The position numbers and the translations under genes are program-made. From Chiloscyllium plagiosum (taxonomy: Eukaryota): a stretch of 64,000 nt of DNA. Of the stretch, positions 13,331 through 24,828 are shown in pieces. How positions within the stretch are numbered: the first letter of the stretch is position 1; every line of letters begins with the position of its first letter. The DNA is taken from positions 31,587,468 to 31,651,467 of the forward strand of contig NC_057719.1 of NCBI RefSeq assembly GCF_004010195.1, in the 5' to 3' direction. Under the pieces are notes generated by a model. That model did not search any database and was not told the origin of the DNA. It saw only the letters and a program-made list of their open reading frames with translations.

Positions 13331-13904
13331 TGTGACAATGCTATCACTTTAAAAAGGTTAATTTGTCCTGCATTTCATTTGAAGATAAGTTGTAAAGGCA
13401 GAGGTGCCCAAGTGTCAATGTTCAGAGGCCTTTGGGGTTTCTTTAAAACAGTTTAACATTGGAATGGGAGAAGCCAGTTCAGGCTTTCTAGTTATTTTCT
13501 GGTGCAATGGTCCCAACACGTTGGGGTCCCACAAAGCTTGCAAACTTCAATAACTGATTCTTAACGAGGGCTTTCCCTGAGATCTCTTTGTGTTGAGTTG
13601 TGAGTAAGCATCTGTGTTTGAATTTACATTTTTGCTGAGGGGTATGTTTATGGGATATTACTATATTGGAACAATTAATTAGTAATAGTTACTGTGTCTA
13701 GTATTTGGTTATGTTTTCCAATAGTTAAGTTATTCTAAAATCCACTTTTGCTTGTGTTTAAACTAATTGTGTTTTTAAAGTTGTATGGTTTGACCAGCTG
13801 TATCACATCTGGAACACCCATTTCACATCTACCCTTAAAATAAGAAAAGGGTAGGTGAGAGGTGACCTTAAAATATTTGAGGGGGTCTGACCTGGTCCAT
13901 AACA
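13331..13904 (+). mobile_element. LTR (TG...CA) of an LTR retroelement, followed by a primer-binding site
   Basis: Starts TGTGACA at 13331, ends ATAACA at 13904, immediately followed by a TGGGGGCTC-type PBS. Confidence 0.65.
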
Positions 13905-13907
13905 GAC

Positions 13908-13926
13908 TGGGGGCTCTCGTCAGGAT
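13908..13926 (+). other. Primer-binding site complementary to the tRNA-Pro 3' end
   Basis: TGGGGGCTCTCGTCAGGAT vs canonical PBS-Pro TGGGGGCTCGTCCGGGAT. Confidence 0.7.
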
Positions 13927-14029
13927 AATTCTACAATTCCAATTTGGGTTTAAGGTTGTCAGACTCAAAGGCAGCAAGTAAGTGTTAGAGTCTTTTGTTT
14001 CAGGTGTTGAATTTGGATGGTTTAAACAG

Positions 14030-15090
14030 GGTACAGGGGGAGCTAGCTATTTAGATACAGAACTGACTCAAAGGTAGAAGACAGGGTGGTGGTGGAGGGT
14101 TGCTTTTCAGACTGGAGGCCTGTGACCAGTGGTGTGCCACAAGGATTGGAGTTGGGTCCACTGCTTTTTGTCATTTATATAAATGATTTGGGTGTGAATA
14201 TAGGTACAGTTAGTAAGTTTGCAGATGACACCAAACTTGGAGGTGTATGGACAGTGAAGGTTACCTCAGATTACAATGGGATCTTGATCAGATGGAGTTT
14301 AATTTAGATAAATGTGAGGTGCTGCATTTTGGAAAAGCAAATCAGAGTAGGACTTATGCACTTAATGGCAAGGTCCTAGACAGTATTGCTGAATAGAGAC
14401 CTTGGAGTGCAGGTTCATGGTTCCTTGAAAGTTTAGTCGCAGGTAGACAGGTTAGTGAAGGTGGCAGTTGGTATGCTTTCCTTTATTGGTTAGAGTATTG
14501 AGTACAAGAGTTGGAAGGTCATGTTGCAGCTGTACAGGACATTGTATTCCAAAAGTGGCCTAACCAATGTTCAATTTTGGTCTCTCTGGTATAGGAAAGA
14601 TACCAGGGAGACCTAAATACCTAAAGTATTTTGTATAGTTTTGGTCTCCTTACCTAACAGAAACTATACTTTTCATAGAGGAAACATTTTTATATTTCTA
14701 GCTGCCTCACTGGGCTGATAACAGGGATGGGCAGGATTGTTTGAGGAGAGATTGGTTCGACTAAACCTGTATTCATTAGAGCTTAGAAGAATGAGAGGAG
14801 GGATCTGATTAAAACATATAAAATTGTAACAAGGCTAGATGGAGTAGATGCAGGGAGGTTGTTTTCCCTGGATGGGAAGTCTATAACTGTGAATCACAAT
14901 CTCAGGATACAGGATAGGCCATTTGGGACACAGATGAGGAATTCACATGCAGAAGGCTGTATCACTGAGTTTATTCCAGAAAGAGATTGATATGAAAGAC
15001 ATCAAGGATGGGGACAGGAAGCTGGAATATGACATTGAGATAGAGAATCAGACATGATCATTTTGAACGGCCTACCCTGTTCCAAATCTT
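14030..15090 (+). mobile_element. CR1 LINE fragments (two adjacent copies)
   Basis: ORF 14086-14307 SGVPQG...KFADDTK; second, older 3' fragment from ~14620. Confidence 0.85.
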
Positions 15091-15492
15091 TGTATCTTCC
15101 TAAGTTTCTATCTGTGATCCAGAGACCTGTTAAGCCACAGCTCCACCAACTTGCTTACTACCACTACCTTGTAATTGTAGTTTTCTTGAGTTCTACTTTC
15201 CCTCCCATTTCCTGATTTACAACTTTGTCTTATTTATATCCTCTGTGGTATCTACCAATGAAAAATAGCTGTTCGGTTCCTTTGCTATCTCATTACTTTC
15301 CATTATTAATTCTCCAGACATGCTTTCTGTAGAACCAACACATTTTCCTAATTCTTGATTTTTAATTATCCATAGAACAGTTTTTATATTTCTAGCAGCT
15401 CTTACACTGTAATTTTTCCTTGTTAACAATTTGCATATTCATGTGGGATTAAACAGGAGTTAAATAATTATTACTAGGTGTAGTTCTCTTAC

Positions 15493-15547
15493 CTTCAAAT
15501 AAATGTGATGATTTTGATCTAGCCGGTGACATACAAAATTCAGGTTT
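15493..15547 (-). CDS. MIS18BP1: MIS18BP1 penultimate coding exon, 55 nt
   Basis: ttattttag acceptor and gtaaga donor; encodes KPEFCMSPARSKSSHLFE(G); phase 0/1 fits both neighbours. Confidence 0.82.
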
Positions 15548-15636
15548 CTAAAATAAGAATAATTAGATCTCAAAGTATGAAAATATGAAACATTTTATAT
15601 TGATCATTTAAGTAATTAAAATCAATTGTTTCTTAC

Positions 15637-15715
15637 CGATCTTTTAGGGACCTTGGACCAATTCTTCATCTTGCTTTTTTTTTGCAGTTGAAAAACATAT
15701 TTATCATTATTAGCA
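15637..15715 (-). CDS. MIS18BP1: MIS18BP1 coding exon, 79 nt
   Basis: tttctttatatag acceptor and gtaaga donor; encodes ANNDKYVFQLQKKSKMKNWSKVPKRS, matching human RNDCDKYVFRMQK...WGNIKKK. Confidence 0.88.
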
Positions 15716-15952
15716 CTATATAAAGAAAAAAATAATTATTCCAGTAAGTTGTACAAAACTAAACTTCAGATGTATATGCAGAAGGAAAGCCCAGTGATGT
15801 TTCAGATTGTTACAAAAATTCTTGATCATGAATATTTAGAATTTGAAAATTTGCATTTATACTCCATAATTTCTGATTTGATTACAAATGTATCACTGCA
15901 AAGGTTAAGAATAGGTCACACAGACGTTTGGTTATGAAATACTGCAAGTAAA

Positions 15953-16311
15953 TGGGGAGGAGATGGCCTAGTGGTATTATTGTTGGAGATCCAGGGAATG
16001 TTTGGGCACATGGATTCGAATCCTGCCATGGCAGATAGTGGGATTTTATTCAATAAAAATCTGGAGTTAAGTGTCTAATGATGACCATATCGATTATTGG
16101 TAAAGCCATGAGTCTATTGTCGACTGTTGGGAAAACCCAGCTCCTTCACTAATGGTCTTTAAAAAAGAAAGCTGTCATCCTTACCTAGTCCGGCCTATAT
16201 GTGACTCCAGACCCAGAGTATTGTGGTTGACTGCCCTTTGGGCATTTAGGAAAAGGCATTCAATGCTGGCCTAGCCAGCAACACCCTTATCCTGTGGATG
16301 AATAAAAAAAA
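15953..16311 (+). mobile_element. tRNA-derived SINE (head + LINE-like tail)
   Basis: A-box-like TGGCCTAGTGG, B-box-like GGATTCGAATCC; tail caatgctggcctagccagc...aataaaaaaaaa. Confidence 0.75.
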
Positions 16312-16332
16312 AGGAGGATATTTGCCAGCATG

Positions 16333-16695
16333 AGGAGATGTTGGCACAATGATAATGTCACTGTAATAGTCACACATAGAACCAAGATCTGGAGCATAGA
16401 TTCAAATCTCACCATTGCACAAGGTAGAATTTAAATTCAGTTTAAAAAAATCTGGAATTGAACTGTAACTATTAAACTATCAACTTTTGTAAAAACCCAT
16501 CTGGTTCACTACTGTCCTCCAGAGAAGGGAAGTTTTCATTCCTATCTGGGCTGTGACTCCAGAACAAAGCAATGTAATTGACTTTTAATTACTCTCAACT
16601 TGCTACAAATTAGCTACTTTATTTAAGGACAATAGATAGACAATAAATAATGGCCCAGTGAGTAATGCCCACATCCCATAAAAGAACAAAAAAAG
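16333..16695 (+). mobile_element. Second tandem copy of the same tRNA-derived SINE
   Basis: Collinear with 15953-16311 (aaacccatctggttcact, gtgactccaga, A-rich end). Confidence 0.7.
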
Positions 16696-16892
16696 AACAA
16701 CCATCTTTAGTTGTTTCATCAATTACCTCCCCTCCATGGAGGTATTTGGTGTCTGCACAATGTACCATTCCTCACAACTCAAACGCTGAAGCAGCCCGTA
16801 ACTATTTGCTGCAAGACCTTGACAACATTCAGGTGTGGGCTGATAAGTAACATGCAATGTTCACATCACAAATGCCAGGCAATGACTATCTT

Positions 16893-17392
16893 NNNNNNNN
16901 NNNNNNNNNNNNNNNNNNNNNNNNNNNNNNNNNNNNNNNNNNNNNNNNNNNNNNNNNNNNNNNNNNNNNNNNNNNNNNNNNNNNNNNNNNNNNNNNNNNN
17001 NNNNNNNNNNNNNNNNNNNNNNNNNNNNNNNNNNNNNNNNNNNNNNNNNNNNNNNNNNNNNNNNNNNNNNNNNNNNNNNNNNNNNNNNNNNNNNNNNNNN
17101 NNNNNNNNNNNNNNNNNNNNNNNNNNNNNNNNNNNNNNNNNNNNNNNNNNNNNNNNNNNNNNNNNNNNNNNNNNNNNNNNNNNNNNNNNNNNNNNNNNNN
17201 NNNNNNNNNNNNNNNNNNNNNNNNNNNNNNNNNNNNNNNNNNNNNNNNNNNNNNNNNNNNNNNNNNNNNNNNNNNNNNNNNNNNNNNNNNNNNNNNNNNN
17301 NNNNNNNNNNNNNNNNNNNNNNNNNNNNNNNNNNNNNNNNNNNNNNNNNNNNNNNNNNNNNNNNNNNNNNNNNNNNNNNNNNNNNNNNNNNN
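16893..17392. other. Assembly gap (500 N)
   Basis: Run of N. Confidence 1.
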
Positions 17393-17424
17393 ATTCCAAT
17401 GTATTTTTCTGCTGCACTTTCTTC
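17393..17424 (-). CDS. MIS18BP1: MIS18BP1 coding exon start, truncated by the gap
   Basis: cactttcacttcag acceptor; phase 2 continues the previous exon as (R)KKVQQKNTLE..., basic like the post-SANTA segment; runs into N. Confidence 0.6.
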
Positions 17425-18305
17425 CTGAAGTGAAAGTGTTCAATTATTCTTGGCAATAACATAATCAAAACATAAGTACAGAACAATCTTGAAATACAGC
17501 CATCTTGACAGTTAGCAACTCTGAACAAAAGCATCTCGAAAAACTGTAAATTAGAACAGAGGGTCACCGTCTCCAGCAAGATTGTGTGTGCCAAAGCTGT
17601 AAAGGTTGCCATATAACTCCGAATGATTGCTAACAGCTTCAAGGTTCCTTTTTTAAAAAAAATGATTGAAATACCCTAAGTGAACAATGTTTTATGCATT
17701 CAACTTACAACAGATATTCTCGTAAAGTTTCAATTGGTGCATAAAGATGAAAGCCAAATTTTTTGGGAGTTAGCTTGCGTTGTACATAATTTTATGCTTT
17801 CTCAGGTCCTTACTGAGATGGCACAAACTTGAAAAAGTATACGATTGGTCCTGAAAATGTTACACTTACTGGAAATTAGTGCTCCATTAACATGGTATTT
17901 AATGTACTCCTAGCAGTTCCTTTTAAAATTAATTCACTTTATTGTTATGGCCTTGGAATCTGTTACAATGTGCAGAATGGGGGAAGTGATATTAAAGATA
18001 TTTCAGAACCTTCTTTAAATAGTCTTATTTTTGACAAAGGAAAATTACTGAACTCATGTCTAGTCTGAGCGCTGGGAGGATATTTCTCAGCGATTTTTCA
18101 ATATTTACCAAATACACATGAAGCAACAGACAATAAAAATGACAATTGCATTGGGTTGCAAGGAATGTGACTGAGATAATGAGCAATATATTCTGTAAAG
18201 ATTGTTTCCTTAAAAGTCTTCGTAACCCAACTTGATAATCTTGGACTAGACCATAGCAATTTAAATCAACACCAACTACAGTATAGAAAAGGAAGACTGA
18301 CATAC

Positions 18306-18390
18306 CTCCTTTTAAAGAATTCTTCAATATACTCCTTCCAATCCAATGGAAAACCCAGAAAAAAATGTTTTAAAATGGAATTAGAGAATC
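18306..18390 (-). CDS. MIS18BP1: MIS18BP1 SANTA domain exon (C-terminal part), 85 nt
   Basis: Encodes (G)FSNSILKHFFLGFPLDWKEYIEEFFKR, matching human [26 protein letters not shown]; cag / gtatgt. Confidence 0.93.
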
Positions 18391-18679
18391 CTGTTTCAAA
18401 GAAAAAACACAGTTAAAAGGAATAAATCTAACCGCATTTTTTTCATTGTCATTTAAGTTGACAAGGAAATATTATAGACAAAGGGCTAATCAAGGGTTGA
18501 AAGGAGAAAGGGAATAAAATATACCATTGCTGGAATTAAGCGTGTTGACATTTTTCATATTTAAGTATATAAAGTATTTAGTCACCAATCTGAATTGGCA
18601 TATATTAATTTATAAATTGTAATATAGGCAGACTAAGAGAGTCTCCTCACTATGAACTAGACCTCATAGCTCAAAGACG

Positions 18680-19560
18680 GGGCTGAATCAAACTTATTTT
18701 GGCTAAGTTCAAGTTGCACAAGTTTTTTGGAAGGTTTGGTGAGAACGTTTTCTTACTGCATCTTACCAAACTCACTGTATTAACTACTTACTCCACCCTA
18801 ATGATATTTCTCAAGTCCAATTTTGCTGCATCATTCCACATTCTGCGCCCAAAATAGCTTACCCCTCAACAGATAACAACCAAAACACTGGCACCCCTTG
18901 CATGTGCACCTTCTTTAAAATGTTTCTGTGCATCTGGATGAGCATTTGTATTCTGAAACTTCCCTGTCAGGGACCTGGAGGTCCTGAGGGGATGGGGTGG
19001 TGCAAAGGAAAGGAGTGCTATTCTTGAAAACTGGCAAAAAATGCCATGCTACTAGACCATGTCAATGTTGTCGGAGGTCATCACCCATGTAGGTACCACT
19101 TCCCGGGTGTGGAGGAACATCCAGCCATGCAGAAAGAACGTCAATTGCTTCTCTGCTCCACCATGTTAAGTACCACACTCTGGTCTCTGCTATCTCACAT
19201 TTGGGTGCTCTCTCTCTGCCATTTCCCCAATTCTCATTGCCACTCTGCCACTCTCACTATTTCACGCTTCCTTCTTTCCACACCTCTCTCACTGTCACCC
19301 ACCCCATTCAACCCTCCACACCACTAATGCTGCATGCCCTACAAGTTGCCTCCTCAATCTCTTGGAACCTCACACCAGCTTTCTCCCACATGCAACAGCC
19401 CTAACAACGATGCCACTCATTGCTATCTCAATCATCACCCCACACGCCCCATTTCTGTCATTACAGTGGCATTGATAGATGACTTTCTGAAGACAATCAA
19501 GAGATAAACCTATGTACTGTCAAATGACACATCTTCAAAGCTGCTGAAGTAATTGGGCTA
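18680..19560 (+). mobile_element. Probable PIF/Harbinger transposon relic with a decayed Myb/SANT-like gene
   Basis: Frameshifted pieces at ~18970-19150 read DLEVL...GVVQRKGVLF...CRKNVN, resembling Harbinger Myb/SANT (NAIF1/MSANTD-like) proteins. Confidence 0.45.
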
Positions 19561-19669
19561 GTTTGTTATTTTTTCTTTTTTTAAAATGTACCCGTTTACC
19601 ATGTTTATTTGTATATCTTGTGTGTGAATGGGGCTGAAAACAAAAGTATGACTAAACAAAACAAAAAAA

Positions 19670-19800
19670 AAATCAAAGAACTGCAAATGCTGGAAGTCAG
19701 TTAGTTCTGAGGAAGAGTTATTGAACCTGCAATGTTTAGTCTGCTTTCTCTTCACAGATGCTGCCAGACTTGCTGAATGTTTCCAGCATTTTTTGTTTTG
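19670..19800 (+). mobile_element. Penelope-terminal-repeat-derived fragment with degenerate hammerhead
   Basis: ctgaggaagagtta...cacagatgctgccagacttgctg; same family as 38165-38400 and 1178-1240. Confidence 0.6.
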
Positions 19801-20407
19801 TTTATGAAAAAGGGTTACTGGGTTTAAATCAAACATTAATTAGATTAACTTATTGTTTCACCTTGCTCTGCTGTAGTCGATTATTCACAACATCTAGTTC
19901 TGGTTATTCAAAAAGTCAGGCTCAGAATTAGTGGGGTCAATTTTAAGCATCACTGAGTATTCTACTTTTACAGTTAAAGGCTGATTTGATTTGGCTGTCT
20001 GTCTCCATATTGTAAGAACATGCATACATTTCTGGTGTCACCATAATAAATTTCCTCTGTACCGTCTCCAGTATGTCTGGATCTTTTTTTAATAATATGG
20101 CAACCAAAACTGTATGCTGCATTTAGATCTAACACTACTTGCCTACTTTTCATTTCATTCCCAACTAAAGTTTTGTGTTTGCCTTTCTTCAGTATTCTTT
20201 CTTAAATCTGGGCAATATAATAAGTGATGTTTCTAATCTTCCTATTCATATTGAACTCTAATTGCAAATTATTTAACCACTTTACAAGCTTACTAATGTT
20301 CCAGCAATGACCCTTTTAGAACACCACTTCTTATTTTCTGCCACTTGAATAACAAACCTGCATGCAGTCTCTGCTTTTTGCCTTAACTTAGTTATTAGTC
20401 TACTTAC

Positions 20408-20538
20408 CCTGGTTTTTCATTGCAACATAATCCAAAGGTCCTTTCAGAACATAAATTGAACCAGTGATAGATTTCACTTCAGTTTGTTTAATTCGTTCAG
20501 CAATTACATTACTATGCCAGTATATTCCATCAGTATCT
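20408..20538 (-). CDS. MIS18BP1: MIS18BP1 SANTA domain exon, 131 nt
   Basis: Encodes [43 protein letters not shown](G), matching human [29 protein letters not shown]; cag / gtaagt. Confidence 0.96.
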
Positions 20539-22592
20539 CTGTTTGGGAACACATACATAGTGTTTTAATATCCAGTTGAAGAACCTAAAAATATAGTTCC
20601 AGATACATTGTACAAATTAACCAACTATGAATCCATTCCCAATTCTGACACAAGCTCATTGACCTAAAATACCTTTTAGGAGGAGTACCAAGCCCACCCA
20701 TTTTGTCTTTTAATTGGTCACCTCCTTATTGATTTTTTTTTCGAACACTTCATGACAGAGAGCATGTAGCACTGTCAGGTCAGTGGCTCCACCAGGAGGC
20801 GTGGATGCTGTTATTGGATGCAGAAGAAGTCAAGCATGTCTCAAGCGAGTAGTGCTCTTGGTTGTTTGCATTTAGGTCCTCAAATAAAGCCTGAAGCTAG
20901 CAGGACAATTGAAATAGTGGGGCAACATCTACACCAGAGTTGTAATCTTTTGTGGTTCTGGTCTTTCATTTCAACAAACATATTATTGAGGCACGGAGTT
21001 CCCGTCTCTGATAACCACCCAACATGCCACCAGGAGGTTACCTTAATAGAACTGCAATATCTGCATACAGCAGGAGTCAGGCTAAATGGAGGGAAAATAT
21101 CAATGCCATTGTAAAATTGCTCCCAAATGAGATCTTAAGTGTCCTAACTAATTGCTTGCTTTTGTGGAGAAGGCAGCTGACGCAATTCCTAAGTTGCTCC
21201 TGCAATGTGTCACTAGGAGATGAAATGCAATAGGGAGCTGTCTTGTCTCCTAATTTGCATCTTTCTCCAACCTTTTCTCTATGGAAGCAACAAAAATTAA
21301 CCAGGTAACTGTCTCTCCTTAGCGCCACACTCAGTCGAATGTAGCTTTGATGTTACCTCACGTCTGGAATTTAACATTTTTGTTTGAACCAAGGCTGTAA
21401 TGAGGTCAGAATTAAATTGGCTGAAGACTGGCACCTGTATTTCTAGGGACCACTGGAGAAGGCAGAGATGACACGTCTGGCTAAAAATTACTGCAAGTGC
21501 TTCAGCCTTATCTTTTGCACTGATGTATTGGGCTCTTCAATCGTGGAGATTGGGGATATTTATGGAGCCTCATCCTGTAGAGAGTTGTTTCATTGTTATC
21601 ACCATTCACCACTGAATATGAAAGGACTTTAGAGCTTAGATATAACCCATTCTTTGTGGGGTCACTTCATTCTGTCTAGCAATTTCTGCAAATAGTCCTG
21701 TTTGGTAGCTTCACCAGGCTGACAGCTCACTTTTAGGCACACCTAGTGCTGCTACTGGCATTCCTTCCTACCTCTGTAGGGAAAAAAAATGGACATCCAA
21801 ATAAGTTTCAGATATAACTATTGTGTTTCTTGTGAAGGAACATTGAAGAAATGGGAACAATTCTGAGGAAATTCCTTGTCAGTGTTTTTTTCTGACACAG
21901 CTCCTTCAGTTTCTTTAAATGAAATAATTATTCTAATTTTACCTGTATTTTACTGTACAATTATTTGAGTGTTTTTGCCTAGAAAGTAAAAACATGCAAC
22001 CATTTGCTCATCTTTATTAATGTCTAACTTCGCCACACAAATAAATCAGAGTTCTTAAATTTAATGTGAAAGCAACATTAACTCATTGTAACAGGAGGAA
22101 CATCAAAATTATATCACTACCCTGGATTAGGGGAAACTGGCCACACCACCTGGTGCTGATTAATAACAATAATCACTGTCTCTTGGAGGTCCACTAAATT
22201 ATTTTGATTTGAACAACTTGTTGACAATATTTACGCTCTCGCATAGAACGGTTACAGCACAGAACGGGGCCATTAGCCCAATGCGTTTGTGCTTGCAAGA
22301 GCAAATTCAGCTTATCCCACTATCATACTCTTTCCCTATAGCCCTACATATTTTCATCTTCAGGTGTTTATCAAATTAAAGCCTGATTGTAACCACTTTG
22401 ACCATCTTCTCTCAGAATCTGCCTTCCAGATCCCAACCACTTGGCTAAAAATGTTTTGCACATTATCAATAGTTCATGAAAAGCAGTAAGCCACTTCAGG
22501 ATGAGGGGGTTAAAAATGGCAATAGGACAAGAAAACAGGAAAAGTATTCTTTAAAGATTTCTTTCTCTATTTTTTAAACGTAAAGAGATTAC

Positions 22593-22669
22593 CTTTTTCC
22601 TTCTACACAAATCTCATTGCTGCCTTTTATCTGTTGGATGATCCATTTGGTGAGAGTAATCCTTTTTTC
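22593..22669 (-). CDS. MIS18BP1: MIS18BP1 SANTA domain first exon, 77 nt
   Basis: Encodes EKRITLTKWIIQQIKGSNEICVEGK(R), matching human [22 protein letters not shown]; cag / gtaatc. Confidence 0.94.
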
Positions 22670-23009
22670 CTGCATATTTAAAACAAAAGAGTGATACAAA
22701 GTTAAATAATCTATGACAAAAATATTTGTCAACAAGATAATAATAATTGCTAAATATTGAAGTTATTCAGAGCTTAAAAGATTTCTCTAAAAACCTAACC
22801 AGTATTATCCATTGACCATCTGCTGCTGGTGGGCTGACATCTCAATTATTTAAATCCTAGATATTGTAGGTTACTAGTTAGTTAATGTCCGTTTCTAGTA
22901 CTGCTCTTATTGAATAGTGTTGCCATCCTAAAACCTCCTGATGATTTATACACAAAGACTGATTTCAGAAAACCTGGGAGAATATTGAAATAGGTACCAA
23001 TTGTGGTGT

Positions 23010-23350
23010 GAAATTTATTTTTGTGTTGGTGTTGCTGGCTAAACCAGCATTTATTGCCCATCCCCAATTGTTCAGAAGGCAGTTAAGAGCTAACCACATT
23101 GCTGGGTCTGGAGTCACATGAAGGCCAGACCAGGTAAGGACAACAGTTTCATTCCTTAAGGAACATTAGCGAATCTGGGGTTTTTCCAACAATCAATAAT
23201 GATCATCATAAAATCCTAATTCCAAATTTTTATTGAATTCAAATTTCACTGTTTGCCCCATTGCAGGTTTCAAATTCAGACTCCCAGAACATTATCTGGA
23301 TTTCAAGATTAATAGTCTAGCAGTAATACCATGGGGCCATTCTTTCCCCT
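23010..23350 (-). mobile_element. tRNA-derived SINE (same family as 15953)
   Basis: Reverse-complement match including the tail ccagcatttattgcccatccc. Confidence 0.75.
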
Positions 23351-23789
23351 AATGTTGAATTATGCTCATTATAAACAGAGACTTTGTCTTCCCTATTCAT
23401 AAGTAACTTTTAAATTATGCTTATTTGCATATCACCCATCTTTGATGCAAACTACTCACCATCATAACCCTACTCCCTCTGAATTTATTTTGAAAGATTC
23501 GCCTTTAAGATTACACATACTATTTGAATAGCTAATTTTCTTTTTGGATTCTAGTATTAAAATGGAAACTTTAACTCACATGCAATGAAGGTGCTGTTAA
23601 ACTTTTAGTAATGTGAGGTTAATAAAAACTGTAACTCCAAGCAATCTAACGAGGGAATCAAAGATTATTTGAGGTAGGTGAAAATGTGGTGTTGAGGTTA
23701 CAGTCGTATCAGCTATGGAGACATAGAAAATAGGAGTAGGCATTCAGCCCTTCATGACAACTCCGCCATTCAATATAACCAAATTAAGG

Positions 23790-24828
23790 AGACTCTAAAG
23801 GCATTTTATACGTAAAGTATGAGCAAGAGTGTAACTTGGAGAAAAGTAGGCCCACTCAAGAACAAAGGAGGGAATTTATGTGTGGAGCAAGAGGAAGTGG
23901 ATGAGGTCCTTAAGTATTTCAAATTGGTATACACCAAGGAGAAATACATAGATGATGGCAAGTTTATGGTATGTTGATAGTAAGAAGTGGGAGATGTTGG
24001 GTGTTTTGAGAAACATTAAGCTACATAATGGGCCTAATGGGATCTATCTCAAAATATTGAAGGAGGCAAGGGAGGAGATTGTTGGAGTCTTGACAGAGAT
24101 CTTGGTATCCTTTTTAGTTACAGACAAGGTTCTAGAACATTGAAGATTAGCCAATGTCGTTCCTTTATTCAAGAAGGACAACAGGGATAACCCGGGAAAT
24201 TATAGGTTGGTGACCCTTACATAACTGTTAGGGAAATTATGGGAGGAGATTCTTAGGTATAGCATTTGGAGAAGAATGAAGTTATTAGGGATGGTCAATA
24301 TGCCTTTATGCTGGGGACGTCTTGTCTCTCAAACTTGAGAGTTTTTTCAAGAAAGTGAAGATAATGATTGATGAGGGCATGGCAGTTAATGTTGCCTACA
24401 TGGACTTTACAAAAGCATTTGACAGGGTCCCTCAAGGTGGGCTGGTCCAGAAGGTCAAATTGCAAGGAACCCAAGACGCGCTGACAAATTGGATACAAAA
24501 TTGGCTCGGCCATAGAAGACAGAGGGTAGTTTCGGATGGGTGTTTTTCCAACAGGAAGTGTGAGAACATCCATTTTCTGCAAGGATTGCTGTTGGGACTT
24601 CTGTTGTTTGCAGTATATATAAATTGTTTAGATGCAAATGTGGTAGTCTGATTAGTAAGTTCACAGATGACATGAAACTGAGTGAAGTTGTGGATAGTCA
24701 GGAAGGATATCAAATATTTTTTAGCAGAAAGTTGGGCAGATGGAGTTTAATCAGAACAAATGTGAGGTGATGTATATGACCTCCCAAAATACAAGAGGAA
24801 AGTATACTGTAAATGGCTGAAACTTTAG
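23790..24828 (+). mobile_element. CR1 LINE, 5' part of a copy interrupted by a Penelope element
   Basis: ORF 24322-24651 YMDFTKAFDRVP...NWL..RRQRV; continues at 27445. Confidence 0.85.

Noticed and set aside
16711..17642. Long ORFs of 185-258 aa in the ORF track
   Set aside because: Artefacts of translating through the N gap
17870..17909. Possible 40-nt minus-strand exon with a gtaagt donor
   Set aside because: Weak acceptor and a stop codon in the phase needed for MIS18BP1
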